64,000 nt of DNA from a virus, in IMG/VR virus record IMGVR_UViG_3300021963_000080, positions 22,562 through 86,561 of that record; one strand, written 5' to 3'. A model generated the notes under the pieces. That model searched no databases, was not told the origin of the DNA, and saw only the letters and a program-made list of their open reading frames with translations. Position numbers and translations under genes: made by a program. The stretch's first letter is position 1. Every line of letters starts with the position of its first letter. Of the stretch, positions 48,092-57,802 are shown one piece after another.

Positions 48092-49205
48092 ATATGTCGG
48101 AGAAGACTTTGAGCAATACCAAGATCATACTACGTACTTTCTCAGAGAAGACTCTTTAAGTCCTCTAACGTTTGATCTTTACTTTACTCCAACATACAAA
48201 TATACTTGTCATGCTGGATGTCAGATTTGTTATATTAAGGATAAGTTAAAACAAGGGTTCTCTACGTTTCCTCAGAACGTTCCTTCTATCATATCAACAA
48301 AAGATGAGCAGCGCTGGTATGATGTGTTCGATCACTTCTACGTAATTCGTACAAACGATGATCTAACGTACCTCCGTCTCAATTATCCATACATATTTGA
48401 GTGGTACAAATCACACGGAGAGATATTTGAATATGGTATGACTGATAATGCTGTATTAACTCATCGTAAGACGCTGATGGATAATATTACAATGAAGGGT
48501 ATGGCGGATATCAGTCTCAGCGACCACTTCCTTGTAAAGACAAATAAAAACAAACAGATTATAGAAGTGTTGAATGATTATGCTTCCAAATACAACATTG
48601 CTAAAATAAAGATTATACGAACAACAGACGGACCTGCTCCTCCTCAAGTAGAGGAGATTGTCAATTGGATGAATGAGCGGGGATTGTATAACTGCTTACA
48701 ACACGATCTTAGAGATGATGCCAACGCAAGATATGATTTAGAAGGTAAGTATGATTACCAAAATACATACGTTCTAAGTCACAATAATAAAACATACCAA
48801 ATATACAGAGAAGCAATCCACTTGTACAACGATCGCTTCTTTTATAGTATTGATGATGCTACCGATATTGATTGGGATCCGTTTTTCATATTTGATAAAG
48901 ATCAAGACTTCAATCCTACTGAACTAATGTATGAGATGTTGAGCGGCAAGAAAAAGCTATACGGTAAATTTGCTAATGAAATCAAACCAACAAATAAAGT
49001 TGAGCAAAAGTTTGTCGATTACTTCAACGAAGTTCAGAAGTTTAAATTTAATCCTGATTTTAACTTTGTCCCTGAGTTTATGTTAAAATCTAATTGTAAG
49101 TTCTACCACAAATTAATACAGAGTGGGTTTAAAAGCTTCCAATACGGGTTAATTAAACCAAATTCCGGCGCTAAGACGATCCCGATTATTCAGTGGGATA
49201 AATAG
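48084..49205 (+). CDS. Divergent radical SAM-like protein
   Basis: CHAGCQIC CxxxCxxC near N-terminus; no GGEP. Confidence 0.7.
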   Translation: MSEYVGEDFEQYQDHTTYFLREDSLSPLTFDLYFTPTYKYTCHAGCQICYIKDKLKQGFSTFPQNVPSIISTKDEQRWYDVFDHFYVIRTNDDLTYLRLNYPYIFEWYKSHGEIFEYGMTDNAVLTHRKTLMDNITMKGMADISLSDHFLVKTNKNKQIIEVLNDYASKYNIAKIKIIRTTDGPAPPQVEEIVNWMNERGLYNCLQHDLRDDANARYDLEGKYDYQNTYVLSHNNKTYQIYREAIHLYNDRFFYSIDDATDIDWDPFFIFDKDQDFNPTELMYEMLSGKKKLYGKFANEIKPTNKVEQKFVDYFNEVQKFKFNPDFNFVPEFMLKSNCKFYHKLIQSGFKSFQYGLIKPNSGAKTIPIIQWDK

Positions 49206-49220
49206 CTTTAGGAGGGGAAT

Positions 49221-49613
49221 ATGGCTCAATCAGAAAGAAGTCAACAAGCTGGATATCCAAAAAATAACGACACAGGTAACGAACTTAGCACGGAACAATC
49301 GAGCATAAGAAGCAACCTGAGGTCTCGCTTCGTCACAAACAACACTGTTTTAGCAAGCGATGTGAATAACTTGCGCACGTTGATGAATGCTTTTCAGAGA
49401 CATTATCACAGATACACTGATTACGATAGAATTCAAACATACGGTAATAATGGTAGCACCGGATCAAGAGATGTAGACACTTCTATACTAGGAGGATATT
49501 CTGATCCAGGTACTGTTTCTGCGGGAGATGTGATTACAACATCTTATATCAATGGTCACGTTAATGCAGCAAATGTATTACGAAGCCACAACCACGCTAT
49601 CGACGACGCATAA
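49221..49613 (+). CDS. 130-aa protein with two helix-HxHxxxD repeats (putative substrate)
   Basis: AGGAGG RBS, GATAAATA late-type promoter at 49197; repeat shared with 45183 peptide. Confidence 0.8.
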   Translation: MAQSERSQQAGYPKNNDTGNELSTEQSSIRSNLRSRFVTNNTVLASDVNNLRTLMNAFQRHYHRYTDYDRIQTYGNNGSTGSRDVDTSILGGYSDPGTVSAGDVITTSYINGHVNAANVLRSHNHAIDDA

Positions 49614-49630
49614 CCCAATACACTTATATT

Positions 49631-50941
49631 ATGTCTTTTGCTAAATTTGAGATTAAACAAACCGGTCAAACATTCTATTATAACAACGATAGAAACTCCA
49701 TTGTAAACGCGGAAGGACAGTCGTTATCCGCTTCACCGATCCACTCCGAAGAATGGTATGCTGAGCAAGCAGCTCAAAACGGTGTTATAACAAAAACTAA
49801 TAAGCCTGTTGGGCTTCGCATTCTATTAGGACACGCTTGCAATTATTCTTGTTCCTACTGTATGCAGAAGGATATTGGAGATCCGAGTGAGCGACCAGAG
49901 AATTTCTGGACTCCTGATTTCCTTGAATCGGTAGAAAAGTATCTTGATACGTCTCTGCTAACTCGTATTGAATTGTGGGGTGGAGAACCATTTTTGTATT
50001 GGAATGATATGGTCAAAATAATGACCCATTTTGATAGTGAGAAAATATCGTGGTATATTTCCACTAACGGAAGTGCTCTACGACAGAAGCATGTTGATTT
50101 CTTCAAGCAATTGAAGTCGCCAGTTGCAATGGGAATAAGTCACGATGGACCAGGTCAGGAATCATTGCGGGGCGAGGATATATTCCAACGTCCGCAAGTT
50201 GTAGATGTATTAAAGCAACTAGATTTATTGTACCCAAAATTTCAATATAGTTTTAATCCTGTAGTAAGTAATACAAACTTTAATCTATTTGATATAAATG
50301 ATTATTTTTATAAGCTGGCTGTTGATAACCAGTTGAAGAATTGTAAGATTAGTTTTACGCTCGGTAGAACATATGATGATACAGACTCCAAGAATAGTTT
50401 TGAGCATGTAATACATGGTGAAAATTTGAAAGCATTTAAAATAATAACAGAAGATTACATGAATGCCGCAATAGAGCAGTTGAAGAAGCACGGAAGATCT
50501 AAAACTTTACCTATATTACAATCTAATATTTTTGATGGGGATACTGGTGCAATTAAGTTTGCGCAATCTGTGAAGAATGAGCTTCCAATAACAATTACAA
50601 CTAATTGCGGAGCTGATGCAAAAGATATATTGAGTGTGGATTTGAGGGGAAACGCTAGATTATGTCCTCACACACACGAAAAATACAATGGTGGCCATAT
50701 ATCTAATATCAAAGGGATAAAGATAGTATCGCTTGCTTTGGATAGAAAAAAGACACACTGTTCTGATTGTCAAGTTCGCCGGTTATGTAAGAGTTCATGT
50801 CCGATTGATTTTCCGACTGATGTATTTCTGAAGAATTGCCGTGTTGAAAAAATATGGTATGGAAGCGTACAGAATGCAGGATTCAAGATGTTATTTGGTT
50901 CAGATGTAGAATTGAAGGAAACGGGAATTGCAAGTGTATGA
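49631..50941 (+). CDS. Radical SAM/SPASM protein
   Basis: CNYSCSYC, LWGGEP, STNG, ISHDG; CG...VD..G....C, CSDC.....C...C. Confidence 0.92.
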   Translation: MSFAKFEIKQTGQTFYYNNDRNSIVNAEGQSLSASPIHSEEWYAEQAAQNGVITKTNKPVGLRILLGHACNYSCSYCMQKDIGDPSERPENFWTPDFLESVEKYLDTSLLTRIELWGGEPFLYWNDMVKIMTHFDSEKISWYISTNGSALRQKHVDFFKQLKSPVAMGISHDGPGQESLRGEDIFQRPQVVDVLKQLDLLYPKFQYSFNPVVSNTNFNLFDINDYFYKLAVDNQLKNCKISFTLGRTYDDTDSKNSFEHVIHGENLKAFKIITEDYMNAAIEQLKKHGRSKTLPILQSNIFDGDTGAIKFAQSVKNELPITITTNCGADAKDILSVDLRGNARLCPHTHEKYNGGHISNIKGIKIVSLALDRKKTHCSDCQVRRLCKSSCPIDFPTDVFLKNCRVEKIWYGSVQNAGFKMLFGSDVELKETGIASV

Positions 50942-51669
50942 TCGACACATCCCGTATTATTGCTAAACAGCAATCTTTATCTAATCACTCATTATTAGTC
51001 ACAAACTCAATCCAAACAATCGACGATTTGCGGATATTCATGGAACACCATGTATTTGCAGTTTGGGATTTTATGAGTTTGATCAAGTCGTTACAGCATA
51101 GTGCGTGTCCGTCTACTAATTTTTGGGTACCAACAACTGGTACTCGTAGCTCAATAGCAAGAACGATTAACGAGATTGTATTATGCGAAGAGTCTGATTT
51201 GACTCCTGATGGTAAATCTTCAATAAGCCATTTTGATTTATATCTCCAAGCAATGGAAGAAGTTGGAGCAAATACAGAAGCAATTGTTCGGTTTTTGGAA
51301 GCAAAAGACTTTGCAGTTATTCCGGAACCGTCCCGTGCATTTGTTGAAACAACATTCCATACAATAGATCAAGGACCCCATTGCGTTGCAGCTTCGTTTT
51401 GCTATGGGAGAGAAACAATAATCCCAGCAATGTTTAAGCGAATCCTTAGACAGCTCAATATTTCTAGCCTCGATGCTCCTAAGTTTTACTATTACTTGGA
51501 ACGTCATATCGAGGTCGATGGTGATGATCACGGCCCAAAAGCTCAGATGCTAGTTGAATATTTTTGCAAGAATGATCCGTTCAAGGCTCTTTGGGCAGAA
51601 AAAGCAGCGATTGAGGCTATAAATGCCAGGATAAAACTATTTGATCATATTGAATCTCTGGTCTTATAA
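50938..51669 (+). CDS. DUF3050 heme-oxygenase-like (di-iron) protein
   Basis: FMEHHVFAVWDFMSL.KSLQ, INEIVL.EESD, SHFDLYL.AM, YYLERHIEVDGDDHGP. Confidence 0.88.
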   Translation: MIDTSRIIAKQQSLSNHSLLVTNSIQTIDDLRIFMEHHVFAVWDFMSLIKSLQHSACPSTNFWVPTTGTRSSIARTINEIVLCEESDLTPDGKSSISHFDLYLQAMEEVGANTEAIVRFLEAKDFAVIPEPSRAFVETTFHTIDQGPHCVAASFCYGRETIIPAMFKRILRQLNISSLDAPKFYYYLERHIEVDGDDHGPKAQMLVEYFCKNDPFKALWAEKAAIEAINARIKLFDHIESLVL

Positions 51670-51672
51670 ATA
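51665..51672 (+). promoter_or_regulatory. T4-type late promoter
   Basis: TATAAATA upstream of structural genes. Confidence 0.75.
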
Positions 51673-51702
51673 CACTTAGAATCCTATTTACACGGTTAAA
51701 CC

Positions 51703-52032
51703 ATGGCTATCAAAGCAAATCTAATAATTGATCAAGGCGCGACCTACGCAACCAAGCTAAACATTACAGATGCAAATGGAAGTGCTGTGGATTTGACGGG
51801 GTATTCAGCTGCCGCTCAAATAAGAAAGCATTACACTTCATCCAATTCAACCTCGTTCTCAGTCAGTCTTACACCGGCGACTGGGGCTGTTGTCCTGTCT
51901 CTTTCGTCTAATGCCACTGCTAATTTGATTGCTGGACGTTATGTTTATGATGTTGAGTTGATAGATGGTGCTGGTAGAATTTCCAGAATCATCGAGGGTA
52001 CAGTTACAATAACACCAAATGTAACGAGATAA
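51703..52032 (+). CDS. Conserved small virion protein
   Basis: NL.IDQGAT, DLTGY...AQIRK.Y.S, GRYVYDVE, EG.V...P.VTR. Confidence 0.85.
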   Translation: MAIKANLIIDQGATYATKLNITDANGSAVDLTGYSAAAQIRKHYTSSNSTSFSVSLTPATGAVVLSLSSNATANLIAGRYVYDVELIDGAGRISRIIEGTVTITPNVTR

Positions 52033-52036
52033 AGCA

Positions 52037-52267
52037 ATGGCAATTGATACAACGAATCAAATAACTGTTGAATTTACACCAGTTGATACGTTCCAATCTA
52101 CTGATATTTTAACAATATCAGGAACTACTGCAGTTCTTAATAGATTGGATGGTCTTGACGATGTTGTGGAAGGCGTATCGGTCGCTAATAACATGACTTT
52201 AGTGTACAATTCAGCAACAGATAAATACGTAGTACAAGAACTAAATTTGGACGGGGGAACGTTCTAG
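52037..52267 (+). CDS. Small virion protein
   Basis: L..L.DV, LVYNS, ends LDGGTF. Confidence 0.8.
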   Translation: MAIDTTNQITVEFTPVDTFQSTDILTISGTTAVLNRLDGLDDVVEGVSVANNMTLVYNSATDKYVVQELNLDGGTF

Positions 52268-52268
52268 A

Positions 52269-54092
52269 ATGTCAAACTTAATACAGATTAAACGCAGTAG
52301 CTCAACTACTGCGCCAGCGTCGCTAGCGAACGGCGAATTCGCCTACTCGTTTGCGACATCATCCAACACATTGTGGATCGGCGATCCACGCAATGTAGTA
52401 CCAGGTACTCCGTTACGAATTGCTGGTGGTAAATACGCTTTCCTACATCAGGCGGGTCTTCAGGCCGGCACCGATGAAGGTGGTAAACTAACTGCCAACG
52501 CCGTTGTAATCACTAACGCTAATAACTTCCTAGATCAGTTTAAAACCAATACTATTGTAATTGGTCCTGATGGCACCACAAATGCAGCTGCGACGTTAGT
52601 TGTTTCAGGCACAGCAAATATTTCCGGTAATACAACCATTGGTGGAAATCTTTCAATCGTTGGCGGAACTACAATTGGTGGAAACGTAGCATTTGATACA
52701 GATACGCTGTTTATTGATTCGGTCAATAATCGTGTTGGTATTCTAACTACGACTCCTGATGCTCCATTACAAGTAAACGGAGCTGCTAACGTTGCTGGGG
52801 CTGTTAAGCTAGGTAGCACGCTAACTGTTACTGGTCTAACAACTCTAAACGGCGATCTTAATACCACAACAGCAAATGCTACAACCGGTATTAACGTTGG
52901 TGCAAACGTTAACGTTTCTACATCAAAGATCACTGTTGGTAATTCGTCTGTTAATACAACGATTACTTCAACAGCAATCAACACTCAAGGAACATTGGAT
53001 GTTCTAAGAGCAACAACTTTATCAAACACGATTGCCGTTACTGGCAATGCTACTTTCAGCAATACTATTGCTGTTACTGGCCAGGCAACATTTACAGCAA
53101 ACGTTGTTGTTGATACGAGCACATTCTATGTTGATACAACAAACCATCGCGTTGGTGTTCTAACAACTACCCCTGACTCAGGATTCCAAGTAAACGGAAC
53201 TGCAAATGTTGTTGGTAATACTACAATCGTTGGTAAGTTATTACAAGTTGCAAATGCTTCATTCAGTAATACAATAGCTGTTACTGGCAATGCAACATTC
53301 TCAAATACAATTGCTGTTACTGGTGCTGCTACATTCAGCAATACAATTACTATCGCAGCTAACGTTGCTGTTGATACAAACGTATTGTTTGTTGATACTC
53401 TCAACAACCGGGTTGGTATTAACGATGCAACTCCAGCGGTAGCTTTAGCAATCACTGGTAGTTCTACAGTATCTGCCAACTTAACAGCAAACAACTTATT
53501 GATCAATGCTGATGCAACGATCAACGGTAACTTATCTGTTAATGGTACACTTACAACAATTGATACAGTTAACTTAGTTGTTGAAGATCCATTATTCAAG
53601 TTAGCTAAAAACAATAACGTAGCAAACAGCGCTGGTGATACAGTAGACTCTGGTTTCTATGGCATGTATGCAAATACTACCACAGATATGTTTAGCGGTA
53701 TGTTCCGCGATGCGTCTGATGGTAAGTATAAGTTATTTACTGGATTAACTGCTGAGCCAACAACTACTGTTGATACATCAGCTCCTTCATTCAGTTATGC
53801 AACTCTGAATGCATTCTTGGAGATGAGTGGCTTTAATGCTAATACTACTCAATTCAACGTCACTGCAAACTCAACATATCAAGTTGCTTTAGTTGCAAAT
53901 ACATTAACGTTAGCGACTCAGCTTGCAGTTGGTAGTGGTGGTACAGGAGCAACCTCGTTTACATTGAACGGTGTTCTGTATGGAAACTCAACAAGTGCTG
54001 TTCAAGCAACAGCAGCTGGTGCAAACGGCGATGTGTTACAAGTCGTGAGCAACGTTCCAGCGTTCGGAACTCTTGATGGAGGCACGTTCTAA
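52269..54092 (+). CDS. Tail fibre protein
   Basis: IQIKRS...L..GE.AY N-terminus; VD..N.RVG repeats; SNTIAVTG repeats; ends LDGGTF. Confidence 0.85.
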   Translation: MSNLIQIKRSSSTTAPASLANGEFAYSFATSSNTLWIGDPRNVVPGTPLRIAGGKYAFLHQAGLQAGTDEGGKLTANAVVITNANNFLDQFKTNTIVIGPDGTTNAAATLVVSGTANISGNTTIGGNLSIVGGTTIGGNVAFDTDTLFIDSVNNRVGILTTTPDAPLQVNGAANVAGAVKLGSTLTVTGLTTLNGDLNTTTANATTGINVGANVNVSTSKITVGNSSVNTTITSTAINTQGTLDVLRATTLSNTIAVTGNATFSNTIAVTGQATFTANVVVDTSTFYVDTTNHRVGVLTTTPDSGFQVNGTANVVGNTTIVGKLLQVANASFSNTIAVTGNATFSNTIAVTGAATFSNTITIAANVAVDTNVLFVDTLNNRVGINDATPAVALAITGSSTVSANLTANNLLINADATINGNLSVNGTLTTIDTVNLVVEDPLFKLAKNNNVANSAGDTVDSGFYGMYANTTTDMFSGMFRDASDGKYKLFTGLTAEPTTTVDTSAPSFSYATLNAFLEMSGFNANTTQFNVTANSTYQVALVANTLTLATQLAVGSGGTGATSFTLNGVLYGNSTSAVQATAAGANGDVLQVVSNVPAFGTLDGGTF

Positions 54093-54129
54093 ATAGTACG
54101 GGCTTTTTAACTTTATTATAGGATAAGTG

Positions 54130-54366
54130 ATGGATCAACAAGAATTTCTTAATGCATATATTCAACGTATGTTGGCACTCAATAGTGAACTAACAAACAA
54201 GAATGTAATGATTGAAACACGGTTTATGTTGCTAGAAAAAAAGTATACAGAACTAGTGGAGAAGTATAATGCGATGGTGTTAAAGTACGAGCCTCCTATC
54301 AATACAGAGGGCGACCGTGCAGTACCACTAGAGCAACCGAAGTCCTCTAAAGACGAACAATTTTGA
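54130..54366 (+). CDS. Small coiled-coil protein
   Basis: AGGA RBS; helical heptads. Confidence 0.7.
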   Translation: MDQQEFLNAYIQRMLALNSELTNKNVMIETRFMLLEKKYTELVEKYNAMVLKYEPPINTEGDRAVPLEQPKSSKDEQF

Positions 54367-54409
54367 ACTTCAGGCTGCTCTATAGCAGCTTTTAACTCTA
54401 GATAGAGAC

Positions 54410-57400
54410 ATGGCTGGGAATAAAATTCAATTAAAACGCACTAGTGTAACTAGTCGCGTACCTTCGAATACTGACATCGACGTCGGCGAGTTAGCAATTA
54501 ACTTAGCTGACAATCGGCTATTCACAAAGAACGGCTCTAATGCCGTTATCGACGTCCACGGTCAAAGTCTCAACACAACAGCAGCAGTTCAGTTTGCAAA
54601 CGTTACAGCAAATAACGTTCTCGCTACTACGATCACTGGTAATTTAGCATGGACGTATATTACAAACGTTCCGTATGCAAATTCAACAGCAAATGGCGTT
54701 GTTACTCTCATTGATAGCGTTAGCAATACATCTGCTACAATTGCAGCTGCAGCAAACTCTGTAAAGACAGCATATGATGCCGCTACTGCTGCATATGCAA
54801 ACGCAATTGCTTATAGTAGCTCAATTAACATTCCAGACGGCATTACTCAACTCGCGGTAACTAATAGCGGATCGTCGGGATATCTTTTAGATCAATATAC
54901 TGGCAGCAATCCAACAATATATGTTGGTGGTGGCGAGACGATATCATTTAGTCTAGCAGTACCTGGTCACCCATTTTTAATCCGCGTATCAAGCGGAGGC
55001 GCTAATACTACTGATGGTTTAACTCATGTATCTAATACTGGCGTAGTAACAACCGGATCAAGCGCGCAAGGGCAAGTTGATGGTACTTTATATTGGAAGG
55101 TGCCGTTTTCCCTTGTTGGTAGCACATATGTTTATCAATGCAGCATTCATGGAGGAATGGTTGGAAACATCGTTATTACTCCTCCATCAAGCTATTTTGC
55201 CAATGCGAGCAATATAACATCTGGTACACTTGATACAGCACGGCTACCGGCTACTGCCAATATATCCACTGCGGTAAACGTTGGAGCCAACGTTAATTTA
55301 ACTACATCTGGTATCAGTGTAGGAAACTCGTCAGCCAACGTTCAGATTACCGGTAGTGGTATTAACACAAATGGTACAGTAGCTGTAACAAACACACTAG
55401 CAGCCGGCAACACGACAATCACTGGTTTTGCCAATGTAAGCTCTACTCTTTCCGTTACAGGAGTTGCAACATTCGGTAATAATGTTGTTGTTTCTGGTAA
55501 CTTAGTCGTTACAGGATCAACGACATATGTCAACACTAACATATTCCAAGTTAGTGATAATATTATTACGCTTAATGCTGATGCAGCTGGCTCTCCTACG
55601 GATAACGTAGGGTTTGAGGTCAACAGAGGATCAAGCGCATACACATATTTGTTATGGGATGAGGGAATTGATAAGTGGACGTTTACTAATGATGGCACCA
55701 CTTATTTTAACATTGCTTCTAATACAGATGTAAGTACAGCATACTCTAATGCTACTTCTTATGCAGATACCAAAGCTGCAACTGCTTATTCAAATGCTAC
55801 TTCTTATGCGGATACCAAAGCTGCAACTGCATACTCTAATGCCGTTGCTTATGCAGCAGCAAACACATATGTAAACACAACATTTGCTCCACTAGCCGGG
55901 GCCACATTCACTGGACCTGTTTCTGGCATTACTACATTAGCAGCCGGCAATACTACAATTACTGGTTTTGCTAATGTATCTTCTACTCTACAAGTAGGAG
56001 CAAATGTTATATTAGGTACAACTACAATCTCCGCAAATGGAGGGGTAGGATCCGCAGGCCAGGTTTTAACATCTGGTGCTGGTGGAAACGTTTATTGGTC
56101 TACTATTGCGACTGGTGGATTTACTAATGGCCAGTCTATATCTGTTGCTAATCTTGTTGTAACAAACATAGCAACACTCAATGCGGTATCTGCTAACGGT
56201 GGATTAGGCTCTGCAGGGCAAGTACTAACAACAAATGGATCTAATGTATATTGGTCTACTGTTAGTGGTGGTGGCGGATCATCTAATACGTTTGCTACAA
56301 TCTCTGTATCTGGTCAAACGGATGTTGTTGCCGATAGTACAACAGATACTCTAACGCTTGTTGCTGGTAACAACGTAACGATTACAACTGATGTTAGTAC
56401 AGATACAATTACATTTGTTGCAAACAATACATTATTCACACTAACAACAGTTTCCAATACTTCTTCTGCTAACATTTCGTTAACAGGAACCGGACTAACG
56501 GCAAACACAGTTAAAGTTATTGGAGCTGGAGGCGTCAATGTCAATTCTAATGGTTCAGTTATTACCATTGATGGTACTGGAGTATCAGGTGGCGGTGGTG
56601 GATCAAGCAATTCGTTTGGCACTATTACCGTTTCAGGTCAGTCAGATGTTATTGCAGACCAAGCCAACGATGTCTTAACGCTTGTTGCCGGCAGTGGTAT
56701 GACAATTACCACAAGCCCAGCTGGCGATACAATTACATTCTCATCTTCTGGGGGCGGATCTGGTACTGGCACAGGAACAGCATTCATTGCTGCTCGTGAT
56801 AACTTTACTGCAAACGGTACACAGACAGTATTCTCATTATCAGTAAACGCAACTGCCAATAGCATCTTGGTTGCTGTTGATGGTCTAATTCAATTCCACC
56901 CAGAAGATTATAGTGTAAGCGGAACTACTCTCACTTTCGTTACCGCTCCGGCCAATAACGAAGTATTGGAAGTGTTGCATATTAGTGGAGCAACAAACTA
57001 TTTGTTCCAGCAGTATGCTGCTATTGATTCGTTTAGTGGTAATGGATCAAACACCGCATTTACACTTACTCGTTCTGCTAATACAAATACAGCTCAAGTT
57101 TATTTGGACGGTTTGTTACAAGATCCAAATAACGATTATACATTCAGCGGTTCAACGCTAACATTTACTACAGCTCCGTTATCTGCTGAAGCAATCCTCG
57201 TTTACCATACAGAGTCTTCTTCTGGTAATCCACATTTAACATCGATCTCTGGCGTTGATACGTTTGCTGGTGATGGAACAACAACAGGATTCACGTTAAC
57301 CGGAACAGCAAACAGCTCGACATCTTTTGTTACTGTTAACGGCTTAGTCCAGCGTTATACCACGGACTACTCGCTGTCCGGAACGACGTTAACATTTGTT

Positions 57401-57802
57401 GATGCACCTCCAAATGGATCAGCTGTCCAAGCATGGCGCTTGACTGGTTCATTGGGCGTAACGTATAAGACAATCCAAGTTTCGGGACAATCTGATATTG
57501 TTGCTGACCAAGCAGATGATATTTTGACATTTGCAAATGGCGCTGGTATTACAATCACAACAAATGCATCAACAGATACGTTGACCATTGCTCAATCAGC
57601 AATTACAAAACAAAGCTTGACTGGTAATGGATCAAACACAATCTTTACGCTAAGCACAAGCACAACGGAAGATGATATTCTTGTTTTTGTTGATGGTACT
57701 TACTTCCATCCAACAGATGATTATACTGTGTCCGGAACAACAATTACATTTGCGTCTGCTCCGATAAATAGTGCAGAGATCAGAATTAGGTACATGAGAT
57801 AA
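54410..57802 (+). CDS. Long tail fibre/structural protein with cupredoxin-like insert and F.G.G..T.F.L repeats
   Basis: IQLKRTS..GELAIN; GHPF...YQCSIHGGM; four DG..Q...DY..SGTTLTF..AP repeats. Confidence 0.85.
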   Translation: MAGNKIQLKRTSVTSRVPSNTDIDVGELAINLADNRLFTKNGSNAVIDVHGQSLNTTAAVQFANVTANNVLATTITGNLAWTYITNVPYANSTANGVVTLIDSVSNTSATIAAAANSVKTAYDAATAAYANAIAYSSSINIPDGITQLAVTNSGSSGYLLDQYTGSNPTIYVGGGETISFSLAVPGHPFLIRVSSGGANTTDGLTHVSNTGVVTTGSSAQGQVDGTLYWKVPFSLVGSTYVYQCSIHGGMVGNIVITPPSSYFANASNITSGTLDTARLPATANISTAVNVGANVNLTTSGISVGNSSANVQITGSGINTNGTVAVTNTLAAGNTTITGFANVSSTLSVTGVATFGNNVVVSGNLVVTGSTTYVNTNIFQVSDNIITLNADAAGSPTDNVGFEVNRGSSAYTYLLWDEGIDKWTFTNDGTTYFNIASNTDVSTAYSNATSYADTKAATAYSNATSYADTKAATAYSNAVAYAAANTYVNTTFAPLAGATFTGPVSGITTLAAGNTTITGFANVSSTLQVGANVILGTTTISANGGVGSAGQVLTSGAGGNVYWSTIATGGFTNGQSISVANLVVTNIATLNAVSANGGLGSAGQVLTTNGSNVYWSTVSGGGGSSNTFATISVSGQTDVVADSTTDTLTLVAGNNVTITTDVSTDTITFVANNTLFTLTTVSNTSSANISLTGTGLTANTVKVIGAGGVNVNSNGSVITIDGTGVSGGGGGSSNSFGTITVSGQSDVIADQANDVLTLVAGSGMTITTSPAGDTITFSSSGGGSGTGTGTAFIAARDNFTANGTQTVFSLSVNATANSILVAVDGLIQFHPEDYSVSGTTLTFVTAPANNEVLEVLHISGATNYLFQQYAAIDSFSGNGSNTAFTLTRSANTNTAQVYLDGLLQDPNNDYTFSGSTLTFTTAPLSAEAILVYHTESSSGNPHLTSISGVDTFAGDGTTTGFTLTGTANSSTSFVTVNGLVQRYTTDYSLSGTTLTFVDAPPNGSAVQAWRLTGSLGVTYKTIQVSGQSDIVADQADDILTFANGAGITITTNASTDTLTIAQSAITKQSLTGNGSNTIFTLSTSTTEDDILVFVDGTYFHPTDDYTVSGTTITFASAPINSAEIRIRYMR
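55738..55841 (+). repeat. 45-bp in-frame tandem repeat (AYSNATSYADTKAAT)
   Basis: AATGCTACTTCTTATGC.GATACCAAAGCTGCAACTGC occurs twice, 45 nt apart. Confidence 0.85.

Noticed and set aside
41545-51669. Cluster as a queuosine/7-deazaguanine or anaerobic RNR activase pathway
   Set aside because: No QueC/QueD/FolE/DpdA or NrdD motifs; the rSAMs have SPASM or B12 domains instead
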